A DNA stretch of 32,348 nucleotides from the NCBI GenBank assembly GCA_039680575.1, contig JBDKSP010000033.1:1-32348 (forward strand). Reading direction: 5' to 3'. The position numbers and the translations under genes are program-made. Positions 17,639-28,134 of the stretch are shown here, in pieces. How positions within the stretch are numbered: the stretch's first letter is position 1; the number at the start of each line of letters is the position of its first letter. The notes under the pieces are model-generated. The model was not told the DNA's origin. It saw only the letters and a program-made list of their open reading frames with translations, and ran no database searches. The DNA is from Armatimonadota bacterium. Its GTDB lineage: Bacteria; Armatimonadota; UBA5829; DTLH01.

Positions 17639-18298
17639 ATGGCAAGAGTATTGAAAGTAGTGTCTGCAGCAGCTTTATTCGTGTTGTTGTCCGCTTCCAT
17701 GGCACAATGCAGCGTGCTGGCGTCGAGCACTTTTGACAACGATAACGACGGTTGGAAAATCACCGGCGATGCCCAGCAAGGGTCCAGCGCCCCCTATTGG
17801 GCGGCATCAGGAGGTAATCCCGGCGGGTTTATTTATGCCACTGATGATGTTCAGGGCGGAGTATGGTATTGGAGCGCCCCGGGCAAGTTCCTTGGAAATA
17901 TGTCCGCAGCATACGGATACACCCTGGATTTCGACTTGATGCAGACCCCAACCGATACCCAGTTCGAAGCCGATGACGTTATAATCACCGGGGGTGGGCT
18001 CACCATGAAGTTGAACACCTCATATAACCCAGGCAATAAATGGACGCATTACTCCGTTAACCTGGCTCAGGGCGCGGGTTGGACGGTCAACGGAGCTGCA
18101 GCAGCAAGCAGCAGCATAAACACCGTGCTATCGTCTGTCACATCCATCTGGATCAGAGGTGAATACCGCACCGGTTCGGACACGGGATCGCTGGACAACG
18201 TAAAACTGAGCGGGGCTGTTCCTGAACCGGGATCACTTGCCGGGCTCGCTTCCGGATTAGGTGCTTTGATGATGGGTTTCATCAGGCGGCGAAAGTAA
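17639..18298 (+). CDS. PEP-CTERM protein with a laminin-IV (laminin B)-like domain
   Basis: Signal peptide; YWSAPGKFLGNMSAAYGYTL.F and VLSSVTSIWIRGEY; C-terminal VPEP-TM-RRRK; AAGGAG RBS before ATG 17639. Confidence 0.88.
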   Translation: MARVLKVVSAAALFVLLSASMAQCSVLASSTFDNDNDGWKITGDAQQGSSAPYWAASGGNPGGFIYATDDVQGGVWYWSAPGKFLGNMSAAYGYTLDFDLMQTPTDTQFEADDVIITGGGLTMKLNTSYNPGNKWTHYSVNLAQGAGWTVNGAAAASSSINTVLSSVTSIWIRGEYRTGSDTGSLDNVKLSGAVPEPGSLAGLASGLGALMMGFIRRRK

Positions 18299-18303
18299 GC
18301 ATC

Positions 18304-18324
18304 GGGGGAGGCTGTACCTCTCCC
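18304..18324. terminator. Hairpin between convergent genes
   Basis: GGGGGAGG-CTGTA-CCTCTCCC; no clear U tract. Confidence 0.4.
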
Positions 18325-18330
18325 TCATCC

Positions 18331-20091
18331 CTATCTCACAGGGATTGTAAACGTAAAAACACTGCCCTTGCCAAGTTCGCTTTTAACTGATACTTTACCG
18401 CCGTGGGATTCTACAAGATGTTTCACGATCGATAGTCCCAGCCCCGTACCGCCGGACGCCCTCGAACGCGCCTTATCTACTCTATAGAACCGCTCGAATA
18501 TGCGGGGGATGTCTGCGGCGGGAATGCCGGCGCCGGTATCGTCTACACTCACCGTCACGAACCCGTCCTGCTCTACTGCTGAGACTGTCACCTTACCCCC
18601 GCTTGAAGTGTAAGTGACGGCATTGTCTACCAGGTTGACCAGCACCTGCCAGATAGCGTCCTTGTCTGCATGTAACGATATACCGGGATCCGCGTCGATC
18701 ATAAGTGAGACCCCCTTGCGTTCGGCAAAAGGATGGATCTTTGCAGTCGCGTCTTCTGCTACTTCTCGTATACTGAACTCTTCTTCCATGGGAAGTCTCT
18801 GTCCGGCTTCTGTTTTTGTAATCTCCAGCAGGTCGTCAGAAAGCCTTACAAGCCGGTCGATCTCTTTTACGATGTTTTCGGAGAATTCCTTTGCGATTTC
18901 CGGTTTTTCCCTCCCGCGCAGCGCAACTGTTTCCGCCATCGCGCGGATGGATGCAAGCGGAGTGCGGAGTTCATGGCTTACATTCGCAACAAAATCTCGC
19001 CTCATCTCATCTACTCTGCGGGCTGCGGTAACATCATGCATGACTATGACTACACCATCCGAATGGTCACCCTCACCGAGCGATGTCGCATAAATTCGCG
19101 CCGTTCTCACAGTCTGTACGGCAATCTGGATTTCCATGGTCACTGGATTATTGGTCCGAATCACTCGTTCGATCAACTCCGCGAACTCGTGGTTCAGCGT
19201 AGCCTCGATAATCGTACGCCCTGCAGCGCACGCTCTATCGATTTCCAGCATATCGGCTGCGGCTGGATTGATCACATCAATATGCCCCGATTTGCCGAGA
19301 ACGATCAGCCCGTTATCCGTCTTCTCGAAGACGGTCTCCATCTTTCGATTGTCCTCCCGAAGCCGGCGGACGGTCCTTCTTAACTCGGCTGCGAGAGAGT
19401 TCAAAGTAAGCCCGAGCTCAGTTACTTCATCCCCTGAGCTTGCAGGCAGCGAGATATTCAGCCCGAAATCCCCATGTGCAATACGCCTCGCGGTACTGGT
19501 CAGTCCGACTATCGACGTAACTACCCCACTTGAGAGCTTAAGGCTGACGATACCGGCAACTATCAGTGCGATCAGCGCTGCAACTGCGAATGTAGTCCTA
19601 ATTTGTGAAGTACCGGAAGCCACATCTGAAAGAGGGTCGGATATACGGACGACTACCGTCCTACCGCCTTCCCGGCAGCGGACTGCGACATACATCATGT
19701 CATAGTTGAGAGTACCACTGCGGCGGACGGAATATCCTTCGCCTGATGAAAGTGCGGCGGCTATTTCAGGACGCCCGGCATGTGAAGGCATCCGGGATGG
19801 ATCAAGAAGCGAGTCTGCAAGCACACAGCCGGTCGGACCGACCACCGTAATACGGCGTCTGAGACCTTTTCCGATCCTGACCGTAAGCTTTTCGCGCTGG
19901 GGCTGGTCTGTATGCAGCATAACAGCGCCAAGAGCGCTGGCTTCCTGCTGAAGCTGGCGGCGAAACCCCGAAATATACCGGTCTTCCGTTCGATCTTCCA
20001 GATAAACGCCGAGAAGCGCCACCGTTATAAGCACTACGAGCAGATGACCGATGGTCATTTTCCAGCGTATACTCCGAAATCGACGCATCAT
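18331..20091 (-). CDS. PhoR-like sensor histidine kinase (HAMP-PAS-HisKA-HATPase)
   Basis: H..RPEI..A periplasmic motif, [47 protein letters not shown]. Confidence 0.9.
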   Translation of the reverse strand: MMRRFRSIRWKMTIGHLLVVLITVALLGVYLEDRTEDRYISGFRRQLQQEASALGAVMLHTDQPQREKLTVRIGKGLRRRITVVGPTGCVLADSLLDPSRMPSHAGRPEIAAALSSGEGYSVRRSGTLNYDMMYVAVRCREGGRTVVVRISDPLSDVASGTSQIRTTFAVAALIALIVAGIVSLKLSSGVVTSIVGLTSTARRIAHGDFGLNISLPASSGDEVTELGLTLNSLAAELRRTVRRLREDNRKMETVFEKTDNGLIVLGKSGHIDVINPAAADMLEIDRACAAGRTIIEATLNHEFAELIERVIRTNNPVTMEIQIAVQTVRTARIYATSLGEGDHSDGVVIVMHDVTAARRVDEMRRDFVANVSHELRTPLASIRAMAETVALRGREKPEIAKEFSENIVKEIDRLVRLSDDLLEITKTEAGQRLPMEEEFSIREVAEDATAKIHPFAERKGVSLMIDADPGISLHADKDAIWQVLVNLVDNAVTYTSSGGKVTVSAVEQDGFVTVSVDDTGAGIPAADIPRIFERFYRVDKARSRASGGTGLGLSIVKHLVESHGGKVSVKSELGKGSVFTFTIPVR

Positions 20092-20783
20092 AGCTCCTGC
20101 TCGCTGAATTTATAACCCAGACCACGGACAGTCAGGATATAGCGCGGTTCTCCAGGGTCCGGTTCGATCTTCTCCCTGAGTCTTCTGACGTGAACATCGA
20201 GAGTCCCTGCATCGATGTATACATCCTCGCCCCAAACACGCTCAAGAAGCGCCGATCGTTCCATAACCCTGCCCCGGTTTATAAGCAGCATGTGGAGCAA
20301 ATCGAACTCCTTCGGCCTGAGCTCGACCTGCCGGCCATCGACTCTGACAACATGGCTCGGAATATCCATCTCGATATTTCCTGCCCGGAGGATATCGTTT
20401 TTACGGACTTCCGTTCTGGCACGCCTCAGCGCCGCACGGACCCTGGCAATCAGTTCGAGCATACCGAACGGCTTGGTGACGTAGTCATCAGCGCCGACTT
20501 CAAGCCCAACTACCTTGTCTATCTCGCGCGATTTGGCCGTGAGCATGATTATCGGTATATCCAGCTCTTTACGGATAAGGCGGCAGACCTCTAGCCCGTC
20601 CATCCCAGGCAGCATAACATCCAGCAGGATGAGGTCCGGCCTCTCCAGGCGGGCTGCATCCAGTCCGGACAAGCCGTCTGTCGCCTGCACGACCTGGTAG
20701 CCCTCCTGCTCGAAATTGTAGCTTATCGTTTGCAGAAGCGGCAGTTCGTCTTCGACAATCAATATTTTGGGCATACGCATCAC
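20088..20783 (-). CDS. OmpR/PhoB family response regulator
   Basis: [43 protein letters not shown]. Confidence 0.93.
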   Translation of the reverse strand: MMRMPKILIVEDELPLLQTISYNFEQEGYQVVQATDGLSGLDAARLERPDLILLDVMLPGMDGLEVCRLIRKELDIPIIMLTAKSREIDKVVGLEVGADDYVTKPFGMLELIARVRAALRRARTEVRKNDILRAGNIEMDIPSHVVRVDGRQVELRPKEFDLLHMLLINRGRVMERSALLERVWGEDVYIDAGTLDVHVRRLREKIEPDPGEPRYILTVRGLGYKFSEQEL

Positions 20784-20934
20784 TCTTGCGATAAATGGTA
20801 GATCGAGTCCATTATAGCATCACCTGAAACTCTTTGTTACTATACTTGACTGGTGAATATCAGGTAACAATTCGCGGCATGTAAAGCCATCTATACCAAT
20901 ATCTCTCGGATGCTCTACGAATCGACACTACCGG

Positions 20935-20974
20935 TAAAAAACAACAGGCCCCAGAGTGATCTACTCTTGGGGCC
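20935..20974 (-). terminator. Rho-independent terminator after the prepilin-like gene
   Basis: GGCCCCAGAGT/ACTCTTGGGGCC stem followed on the minus strand by TGTTGTTTTTT. Confidence 0.65.
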
Positions 20975-20998
20975 CGTTCTATTCTGAAAAAGAAGGAG

Positions 20999-21790
20999 CT
21001 ATGGGTTAATAGCCACACTCCTGCGATTCTTTTGGGTATTAGGAACATTCCACCAATGGCCTGGCCCACTATCTGATTCATCCCAGTAAGCGTTTGTGAT
21101 ACTCTCCGGCATCTCCGAGAGAGGGATGACCTTAACATGGCAATCAGCGAACAGAATTATCGAACCATTGCCATGCAGTTTGGGGCTACAAGAGCCAAGA
21201 AGAGGATCAGTATTCGTCAGGAAAGCACCATTCGGAATCAGATTCTTGTTATCGCACATTGTTGTAGGGCGGCAAACAGCGTCACAGAGACGGTCCATCT
21301 CACGGATCATCAATGTACTCGATGCAATCGATATAATCGACTCAGGCTGCTCCAGCAAATTGAAGTTGAATGCATATGAGGTGGCTGCAGAAGTATTATT
21401 TGTGACCTCTCTCGCATTCGGGCATTTCCAGACAGACTGTCCTTCGCCTTTCTCCGACACTTTTTCAACATTGGAGTACAGCGCTTCGACCCAGTTAAGA
21501 CCGTACTCGAAAGGCTTGAACGGAATCGCCGGATCTGTAGATTCTGGTGAAAGCTTTACGGAACTTGCCAAATTACCATTCGGATCCCGATTGGTTGGAT
21601 ACATATCATCCCAGTCAGTCATGTAGCTCTTAACAGCCTTACCCATCTGATTCAAGTTCGATTGACAGGAACTGGTACGTGCTGCTTCTCGAGCCTTTGC
21701 AAAAACAGGGAACAGTATAGCGGCCAGAATAGCGATAATCGCTATAACGACCAACAGCTCTATGAGTGTAAAACCTCTTCGTCCTTTCAT
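20999..21790 (-). CDS. Prepilin-type N-terminal cleavage/methylation protein, DUF1559 / H-X9-DG-CTERM-like
   Basis: [31 protein letters not shown]...CQSNL; C-terminal [23 protein letters not shown]. Confidence 0.9.
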   Translation of the reverse strand: MKGRRGFTLIELLVVIAIIAILAAILFPVFAKAREAARTSSCQSNLNQMGKAVKSYMTDWDDMYPTNRDPNGNLASSVKLSPESTDPAIPFKPFEYGLNWVEALYSNVEKVSEKGEGQSVWKCPNAREVTNNTSAATSYAFNFNLLEQPESIISIASSTLMIREMDRLCDAVCRPTTMCDNKNLIPNGAFLTNTDPLLGSCSPKLHGNGSIILFADCHVKVIPLSEMPESITNAYWDESDSGPGHWWNVPNTQKNRRSVAINP

Positions 21791-21816
21791 TTATGAACGC
21801 CTCCTTCTCAAATTTA

Positions 21817-21846
21817 ATTGTATAGGTACAAAGAGAACTGTGTCAA
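21817..21846 (-). promoter_or_regulatory. Possible sigma70 promoter of the prepilin-like gene
   Basis: TTGACA-18 bp-TACAAT on the minus strand. Confidence 0.5.
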
Positions 21847-21863
21847 GTATGGTTTTCTTAAAA

Positions 21864-24137
21864 TCATCCTCCCTTCTTAACGTCGGACTGAACTGAAAAG
21901 ACCGGCTCGCGGTCAGGCAAATAGCGCTCCGACGAAGATATAATATCGCCATTTTTTGCATGAGCAAAAACCACCCAGGTATAATAGCCGCCAGGAGACA
22001 GACAACGGCGCCTGGACTCTACTGATTTAGTGTTCGAAACAAATCCATCCGGCGATACCTCAACAGATGTCGCTCTTATTCTGGAGCGTGTCCAGCATTG
22101 GTAACCATCCGGCAATGAAGAAAATCTGGAGACAGCTGGGCGAAAAAACGGACAAATTAATAACGAAACAGTGAAAAAAGCAGCTCCGGGATACGGTTCC
22201 CATCTGAGAACAGGCCTTTTTCCTGTATACACCCGATCCAACGGGCTGATCAACTTTACGATCGGTACAAACCTTACATCAGACAACGTGATAGCCTGCT
22301 TATCGATGTGGACAGGCGGAACGCCATTAGAAATTACATGCCCTGCTGGTATTCCCTGAGTATCGAATCCTATAACCACTTCATAATCACCATACGGGAC
22401 ATTCCTGATCTTGAATACTCCCCGGCTATCTGTTGTCGCACCCGCACCGAACCACAGTGGTACAGTATGCGCACTGTTGAACTGCATTGTACTATCAGGT
22501 GATGAAGCATCGATATGTGGTTGAACGAGCGCCAAATATATTCCCGGGAGCGGCTTATCATTCGATATGATCCTGCCCTTAACGGTAGCACGCGGTGATG
22601 GTGAAATTGCTGGCACCCTGACCCTATCCGCCCTCTTCTCAGCGTATCGTACCGCGCGAGCCGCCCATGATCCCTGCTTTGAACCGTTCAGATTCACTAG
22701 ATAGAATGTATACTGGCCAAGCGCATTCTGTTCGTTTCCAAGCAGCTCATAAGCATGACCGAGTATCAGGCCTCCCTCACCGGATCTCCAACGCGTGAGT
22801 ACCGGATCAATCCCTTTGGAACACTGGACCGCTTTTTCATGGTTTTCCTGTGCAAGATAGGAAAGAGCCAGAAGCACTGAGGCAGACCCGTGGTAATTCG
22901 GATAGCGTTTGTATAATCGCTCAAGAGTATACATAGCATAATCGAATTTCCAGGAAGAATACTGGCACTTTGCTTTCAGATATAATGCGTGCGCGGCATA
23001 TATACTGCGTGGATACCTCTTCAGCAACCTGTCACAGAGCATGATCTTGTGCAGATCGTTATACGCTTCAAACGTCCTCCTCCATCCACCATCGCTCATA
23101 AAATGAATATATGTCCGGGTTCTGATTGGATGAGACTTCACGGCGGACAGGTACAGGTTAGCTCCATTTCTGGAATCAGAAACATAGATTGCTGCACCTG
23201 CAAGGAGAAGAGCACTAAGACTTACTACCGTTATCTTGTATTTGATATTTGAGATACCAGGCAGTATAACGAACAAGCCAAATACCGTAACAATTCCCGA
23301 CAATGGGATAAGGCATATACTGGCATAAACAGCGGTACGCTCGCTGTATGCAGACTGCATTATTAAAGAACCGATGCAGGAATGTGCTGTAAAGAGTGTT
23401 CCGGAGACCCAAGCGCCTAGGAGTCCGCCTCGTAAAATGCCATTTCGGAGCAAATCGCCCCTGAATACCCATGATAAGGCAGCACCTATGAAAGAACCGC
23501 ACAGAAATCCGCCGGCTAGATCGGATAATAGATAGGGATAAGAGCGCAATTCCGGTGGATATGCAAGGGTATTGAACGTACCTATACCGCCAAATGCTAA
23601 ATTACCACCTTTATCCAACGCAACTTTCAGTATCAGAATAAAGATGACCCACCCCGCGGCCGCAGCCAATCCACGTACAGCGCTTATACGAATATCCCTC
23701 ATCCAATATGGTGAAGACATATATGATACAAGAGCTATACTGAAGGCAAGTGCTGTCGCAAATGCCGGAATATACACGAAGGGCGCCAGATAGAAGACTG
23801 CTGAGAGCTTAACAACCGCCAAAAAGGCTGCCAATACCAATAATATGGCTATAACAGCTTTGAGAAATACACTGAATATATTACCCCTTGGATATACACC
23901 CGCTAGTGTATATCCTAAGAGAAATAGACCGATTACTATTAGCAGTGAAGGAAACCATACTGTTTGCTGAATGGTATTTAGGACATCGCGCCAGATAGTA
24001 TCAGGCGCGGAGAGTGCGTGAAGCCATTTTGCAGCCTCCAGAATACCAAGGCCAATACCGGCAATAATTAGTCCCAAAATAATTAGAAGAAACCTTTTCA
24101 ACGGAGAGCCTCTTCCTTGGACCTTGTAATCTGGCAA
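21864..24137 (-). CDS. Multi-pass membrane protein with TPR-like repeats and a C-terminal beta-sandwich (carboxypeptidase-regulatory-like) region
   Basis: Many hydrophobic helices in the N-terminal part; LLKRYPRS.YA..ALY..A TPR-like; TTDSRGVFKIRNVPYGDY. Confidence 0.7.
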   Translation of the reverse strand: MPDYKVQGRGSPLKRFLLIILGLIIAGIGLGILEAAKWLHALSAPDTIWRDVLNTIQQTVWFPSLLIVIGLFLLGYTLAGVYPRGNIFSVFLKAVIAILLVLAAFLAVVKLSAVFYLAPFVYIPAFATALAFSIALVSYMSSPYWMRDIRISAVRGLAAAAGWVIFILILKVALDKGGNLAFGGIGTFNTLAYPPELRSYPYLLSDLAGGFLCGSFIGAALSWVFRGDLLRNGILRGGLLGAWVSGTLFTAHSCIGSLIMQSAYSERTAVYASICLIPLSGIVTVFGLFVILPGISNIKYKITVVSLSALLLAGAAIYVSDSRNGANLYLSAVKSHPIRTRTYIHFMSDGGWRRTFEAYNDLHKIMLCDRLLKRYPRSIYAAHALYLKAKCQYSSWKFDYAMYTLERLYKRYPNYHGSASVLLALSYLAQENHEKAVQCSKGIDPVLTRWRSGEGGLILGHAYELLGNEQNALGQYTFYLVNLNGSKQGSWAARAVRYAEKRADRVRVPAISPSPRATVKGRIISNDKPLPGIYLALVQPHIDASSPDSTMQFNSAHTVPLWFGAGATTDSRGVFKIRNVPYGDYEVVIGFDTQGIPAGHVISNGVPPVHIDKQAITLSDVRFVPIVKLISPLDRVYTGKRPVLRWEPYPGAAFFTVSLLICPFFRPAVSRFSSLPDGYQCWTRSRIRATSVEVSPDGFVSNTKSVESRRRCLSPGGYYTWVVFAHAKNGDIISSSERYLPDREPVFSVQSDVKKGG

Positions 24138-24637
24138 TAGCCACGGGAATCAACCCCTGCAACGATCTTTCCATCGGTAGTAGGATGTACAGTAAACACA
24201 ATGAATCGGCCTGGATTTACCTTTGTGGATGCAACAGGCGTAGTATTGAGAACACTCGTAGCTGCATTACCAATAACAATTGTTACGGCTATGATTATTG
24301 CGATAGATGCGAATGCAGCAAGCCATCTACTTCTATTGAAGGAATCGAAGATCCTTGACGCAAACCCGGATATGAACCTATATTTGGCACGATATCGAGC
24401 ATCAATGGCCGCCGCTTCACCTGCAACGGCGGTTGTAAAACTATCAGAAGCGGTAATTCCATCGGTAATCGTATGGAGTGAGCGTTCAAGGCCGTCGATA
24501 GAAGATTTATATGCAGAATAGGCATCAGAACATGATTCACATTCAGCCAGATGAGCCTGTAATATGAAATGAAGATCCTCTTTGATCTCCTTATCCGCAT
24601 CGAGAGGTATTAATTTCTTTGCTTGTCTGCAATTCAT
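24098..24637 (-). CDS. zf-HC2 anti-sigma factor
   Basis: MNC....LI...D and HLAECESC (HxxxCxxC); one TM; directly after the ECF sigma gene. Confidence 0.85.
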   Translation of the reverse strand: MNCRQAKKLIPLDADKEIKEDLHFILQAHLAECESCSDAYSAYKSSIDGLERSLHTITDGITASDSFTTAVAGEAAAIDARYRAKYRFISGFASRIFDSFNRSRWLAAFASIAIIIAVTIVIGNAATSVLNTTPVASTKVNPGRFIVFTVHPTTDGKIVAGVDSRGYCQITRSKEEALR

Positions 24638-24650
24638 AATCGAACACTCC

Positions 24651-25205
24651 TTACATATTCGATCTATCGATATCTTCTGTAAGATATTGTTTGAGCAACG
24701 TTCTTGCTTTCGCTAATCTCGACCTAACGGTTCCAACAGGAACCTGCTGCACGAGAGCGATCTCCTCATAGGACAAATCATCATAATGGCGAAGGACAAT
24801 CGCCTCACGATAATACTGTGGAAGCCGGCTAAGGGCATATTTGACTTCAAGTGATCTTTCCCTTGCTACAAGGAGATCATCCGATTTCAGTTGATTGGCG
24901 GGAGTAACCCCCTCGATCTGCGAAGGGACCTCTTGTCCTCTCTTATTATTCCTGGCCCAATTGCGGGCTGTATTTATAGCAACCCTATGCAGCCATGTAC
25001 CAAAACTGGAATTATGCTTGAATGACTTGATGCATCGAAATGCTCTTATAAACGTCTCCTGCGCTGCATCCTGAGCATCATCCGCATCACTAAGCAGTAG
25101 GTAAAGCACGCGGACGGTCCGGTCCTGATATTTACGGACCAACTGCTCAAACGCATCGATATCACCTGATTGACAAGCATAAACCAGCATGTCATCGTCA
25201 TGCAT
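24651..25205 (-). CDS. ECF RNA polymerase sigma factor (SigE/SigW-like)
   Basis: GDIDAFEQLV, DAQDAAQETFIRAF, FGTWLHRVAIN, LSYEEIA....PVGTVRSRL. Confidence 0.93.
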   Translation of the reverse strand: MHDDDMLVYACQSGDIDAFEQLVRKYQDRTVRVLYLLLSDADDAQDAAQETFIRAFRCIKSFKHNSSFGTWLHRVAINTARNWARNNKRGQEVPSQIEGVTPANQLKSDDLLVARERSLEVKYALSRLPQYYREAIVLRHYDDLSYEEIALVQQVPVGTVRSRLAKARTLLKQYLTEDIDRSNM

Positions 25206-25234
25206 ATAACGTTACCCTCTACAGGAGACAATAA

Positions 25235-25262
25235 TTAGACACGACAAGTTGGGGGAAAGTTC
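25235..25262 (-). promoter_or_regulatory. ECF-sigma autoregulatory promoter
   Basis: GAACTT-16 bp-GTCTAA about 30 bp upstream of the ECF sigma start, matching the sigmaE-type consensus. Confidence 0.75.
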
Positions 25263-25286
25263 GCGGGGAAGGATAAATACATATAA

Positions 25287-26006
25287 TTATTTATCGACTG
25301 TGACAGTTGCCTCGAACCCGGAGTCCCGCAGCGACTTTGCAAGTTCCTCAGCATTCTCTCGGCTGCGAAAAGCGCCAAGCTGAACAACATATAGCTGGCG
25401 TCCATCCCGTTCTATATGGTGAACGGCAGGCGCAAAACCGGCTGATGCTAGTTTTGCGGATAATGCATCGGCATTTGCCTTATCTGCAAACAGACCGGCG
25501 TGGACCCTATGAAGCGGTTGAGAAGAGGAATCTGCATCTGATTCGGGCTTCGATTCAACGGAAGATGGAATAGCTGTTTCCGCATTCGATGAATCTACAG
25601 TATTTGACGATACCGCCGGTGAGGCATCAGACTCACCGGCAGGATTGGAAGATAATTTATTAACAGTAACACTTGAATCCGGAGATTTAGAGGTCTCAGA
25701 ATGACGATCAGACTGCGCAGGCTTGTGTGGATATATCTCTTTTATAGAAACATCGTCCCCCGTTGTTACTCTGGGAGAACGGTTGTGAGACGGAAGAGGA
25801 CTTTCTTCACCATCGTGCAACACAGAAGGCGGCACCACCGTACACGTTTCAATAGACTGGCTATGATTCTTATACCAGGGGCCAATAACAAAACATCCAA
25901 GCAAGAACATTGCGACAGTCGCAAGCAGAAAAGCAACTGTGGGAATGAAGTGAGGAGATAACAATTTCCGCTCAGAATTAACATTGTCCGATGTACGGTT
26001 ACTCAT
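25287..26006 (-). CDS. SPOR-domain protein (FtsN/DedD-like architecture)
   Basis: N-terminal TM, Ser/Pro-rich linker, VHAGLFADKANA and YVVQLGAFRSRENAEEL; start 26006 or 26024. Confidence 0.85.
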   Translation of the reverse strand: MSNRTSDNVNSERKLLSPHFIPTVAFLLATVAMFLLGCFVIGPWYKNHSQSIETCTVVPPSVLHDGEESPLPSHNRSPRVTTGDDVSIKEIYPHKPAQSDRHSETSKSPDSSVTVNKLSSNPAGESDASPAVSSNTVDSSNAETAIPSSVESKPESDADSSSQPLHRVHAGLFADKANADALSAKLASAGFAPAVHHIERDGRQLYVVQLGAFRSRENAEELAKSLRDSGFEATVTVDK

Positions 26007-26020
26007 AAATGTCCTTCCAC

Positions 26021-26890
26021 TCACACAGTGCCGAGGAGCCCTAATATACGGTTGAGATCATCTTCGTTATAGAACTCGATCTCGATCTTCCCACGGTCGC
26101 GGCCTATACGTATGGATACGCGTGTGCCGAATAACCTGCGAAGCTGATCCTGAATATCGAGCATATTGGGGTCGAGCTCTTCGACAGCGGTCTTCGCTGC
26201 TGGTAATGTTTCACGTGAAACATTCTCAGCAACTTTCTCTCTGCATAGACGTTCAGTATCTCTGACTGATAGATGCTCTCCGATAATACGCTGCCATATC
26301 GATCTTTGACGGTCTGCATCGTTTACACTCAATAATGATCTAGCATGTCCTTCTGATATCTGTCCGCTTCCCAGACTCTTTTGGATTTCTTCTGACAGGT
26401 TCAATAATCTGAGTGTATTAGTTACACTCGGCCTGCTTTTACCTATTCTGAAAGCAACATCATCCTGGTTCAGGCTGAATTCATCTATCAGTCGCTTATA
26501 TGCAAGTGCTGCCTCCAGAGGTCCTATGTCTTCCCTCTGCAGGTTTTCTATCAATGCTACTACCAGGCTCTGTTCGTTTGTATACTCTTTTATAGTTGCT
26601 GGTATTCGTGAGAGTCCGGCTGCCGTTGCAGCTCTAAGCCTTCTTTCTCCTGCTACCAGTTCATATGTTCCGTCACCATTTTTCCTAACGACTATTGGCT
26701 GCAATATTCCATGCAGTCTTACAGAACGCACAAGATCCTGAAACTTCTCGTCGTCTATACTCTTTCTTGGCTGATACGGGTTAAATACTATCTGATCGAT
26801 CTGTATATCGTTCGTTGGCCGATTATCACGTGTTTCACCCGCACCCGGAATTAACGCGCCAAGCCCTTTACCTAGCCCTTTCTTTTCCAA
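26021..26890 (-). CDS. parB: Chromosome partitioning protein ParB/Spo0J
   Basis: KGLGKGLGALI, NPYQPRK, ELVAGERRLRA, ALIENLQREDI, GKSRPSVTNTLRLL. Confidence 0.96.
   Translation of the reverse strand: MEKKGLGKGLGALIPGAGETRDNRPTNDIQIDQIVFNPYQPRKSIDDEKFQDLVRSVRLHGILQPIVVRKNGDGTYELVAGERRLRAATAAGLSRIPATIKEYTNEQSLVVALIENLQREDIGPLEAALAYKRLIDEFSLNQDDVAFRIGKSRPSVTNTLRLLNLSEEIQKSLGSGQISEGHARSLLSVNDADRQRSIWQRIIGEHLSVRDTERLCREKVAENVSRETLPAAKTAVEELDPNMLDIQDQLRRLFGTRVSIRIGRDRGKIEIEFYNEDDLNRILGLLGTV
26207..26222. promoter_or_regulatory. parS centromere site inside parB
   Basis: Perfect consensus TGTTTCACGTGAAACA; palindrome extends to 26205-26224. Confidence 0.92.
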
Positions 26891-27644
26891 ACGCCATCAC
26901 CTCTTCGGAGAACATTCGATACGCTTCAGCGCCTTTCGATTTCGGATCGTACGCAATTATCGGCAGCCCATGGCTCGGAGCTTCAGACAAACGCACATTT
27001 CTCGGGACAAGGACCCCAGACACTTGATCACTAAAGAAGGTCTGGACTTCTTTTACTACCTGCTGCGATAAATTTGTCCTGTAATCGTACATTGTAAGCA
27101 GCACTTTTGCTATTTCCAGTTCCGGATTCAGGTGCTGCTTTATCAACTCAACAGTCCTCAAGAGTTGACTTATCCCTTCTAGCGCATAATATTCACACTG
27201 TATAGGCAATATTACATAATTTGCCGCAGTTAGAACATTAATTGTGAGCAGTCCCAGGGATGGAGGACAATCTATAATAATCATCTCATACTCGTCTATC
27301 ACCTGCCCCAGCGCATTCTTCAGCTTTGTCTCGCGGGACATCATCGACATCAGTTCTATGTCTGCACCCGCCAGATCCAGCCTCGCCGGTACAAGGTCGA
27401 GGTTCGGAGTGTTGGTTTTGATTATTACATTCTCTATCGGTTCGCTGTTTATCAATACATCGTATATGCAGGCGTTCAACCCGGATTTGACTACTCCTAC
27501 ACCACTCGTCGCGTTCCCCTGTGGGTCAGTATCTACAAGCAGGACTCGTTCACCGGCTACAGCGGCACAAGCCGCCAAGTTGACCGATGTTGTTGTCTTA
27601 CCGACTCCGCCCTTCTGGTTCACTACAGCGTATATTATTCCCAT
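26868..27644 (-). CDS. parA: Chromosome partitioning ATPase ParA/Soj
   Basis: NQKGGVGKTTT, DPQGNATSG, IDCPPSLGLLT, PRNVRLSEAPSHG. Confidence 0.96.
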   Translation of the reverse strand: MGIIYAVVNQKGGVGKTTTSVNLAACAAVAGERVLLVDTDPQGNATSGVGVVKSGLNACIYDVLINSEPIENVIIKTNTPNLDLVPARLDLAGADIELMSMMSRETKLKNALGQVIDEYEMIIIDCPPSLGLLTINVLTAANYVILPIQCEYYALEGISQLLRTVELIKQHLNPELEIAKVLLTMYDYRTNLSQQVVKEVQTFFSDQVSGVLVPRNVRLSEAPSHGLPIIAYDPKSKGAEAYRMFSEEVMAFGKERAR

Positions 27645-27780
27645 CCGCTTCTCCCGAAACTGTTGAGCTTATTAATTAACTTCTCCAATTCCTTCGATTC
27701 TTCCTCCATGCCGGTACACCAAGAAAGAGAGGCATGAACTACCGCCTCTCCTCCGGTATATCAAATACTTCGTCTAACCG

Positions 27781-28071
27781 TCATCTGATACGGTCAGCCG
27801 CCCTCCGCCGCATCATCATGTCCGCAACATCTTCGCCGCTTACTTTGTAATCGCCGTTAGCGATCCGTTCTTTCAGGTTATTTACGATATCCTCTCGAAT
27901 ATCGGGAATATCCCTCAATGCGTCCTGCGCGACTGCTATTCCCTGCTCCAGCGGTGTCATATGAGTCCTAGCGCTCTTTCGAGGCATATTCTTCGGCAGT
28001 ATTTTCTCATCTACCCTGGATTCGGTTGCGCTTGCAGCAGCATTACCGCACTCGATGCTTGAAATCTTCAT
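27781..28071 (-). CDS. flgM: Anti-sigma28 factor FlgM
   Basis: MKI start; PDIREDIVNNLKERIANGDYKVSGEDVADMM C-terminal FlgM motif; sigma28 promoter upstream. Confidence 0.88.
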   Translation of the reverse strand: MKISSIECGNAAASATESRVDEKILPKNMPRKSARTHMTPLEQGIAVAQDALRDIPDIREDIVNNLKERIANGDYKVSGEDVADMMMRRRAADRIR

Positions 28072-28134
28072 CTTCTTTTCCTTTCCATCTCAGGGCCACC
28101 ATGCAAAAAAAGGCAGACCTTCGACTCAAGAAGA

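Noticed and set aside
20999..21790. Prepilin-like gene as part of a type IV pilus or T2SS locus; H-X9-DC variant as a novelty
   Set aside because: No assembly genes nearby; such solitary paralogues are common, and a single-residue variant is weak evidence.
26821..26838. Second parS in parB (also a CACGTGAAA near 29861)
   Set aside because: Only the central core matches; the arms deviate at many positions.
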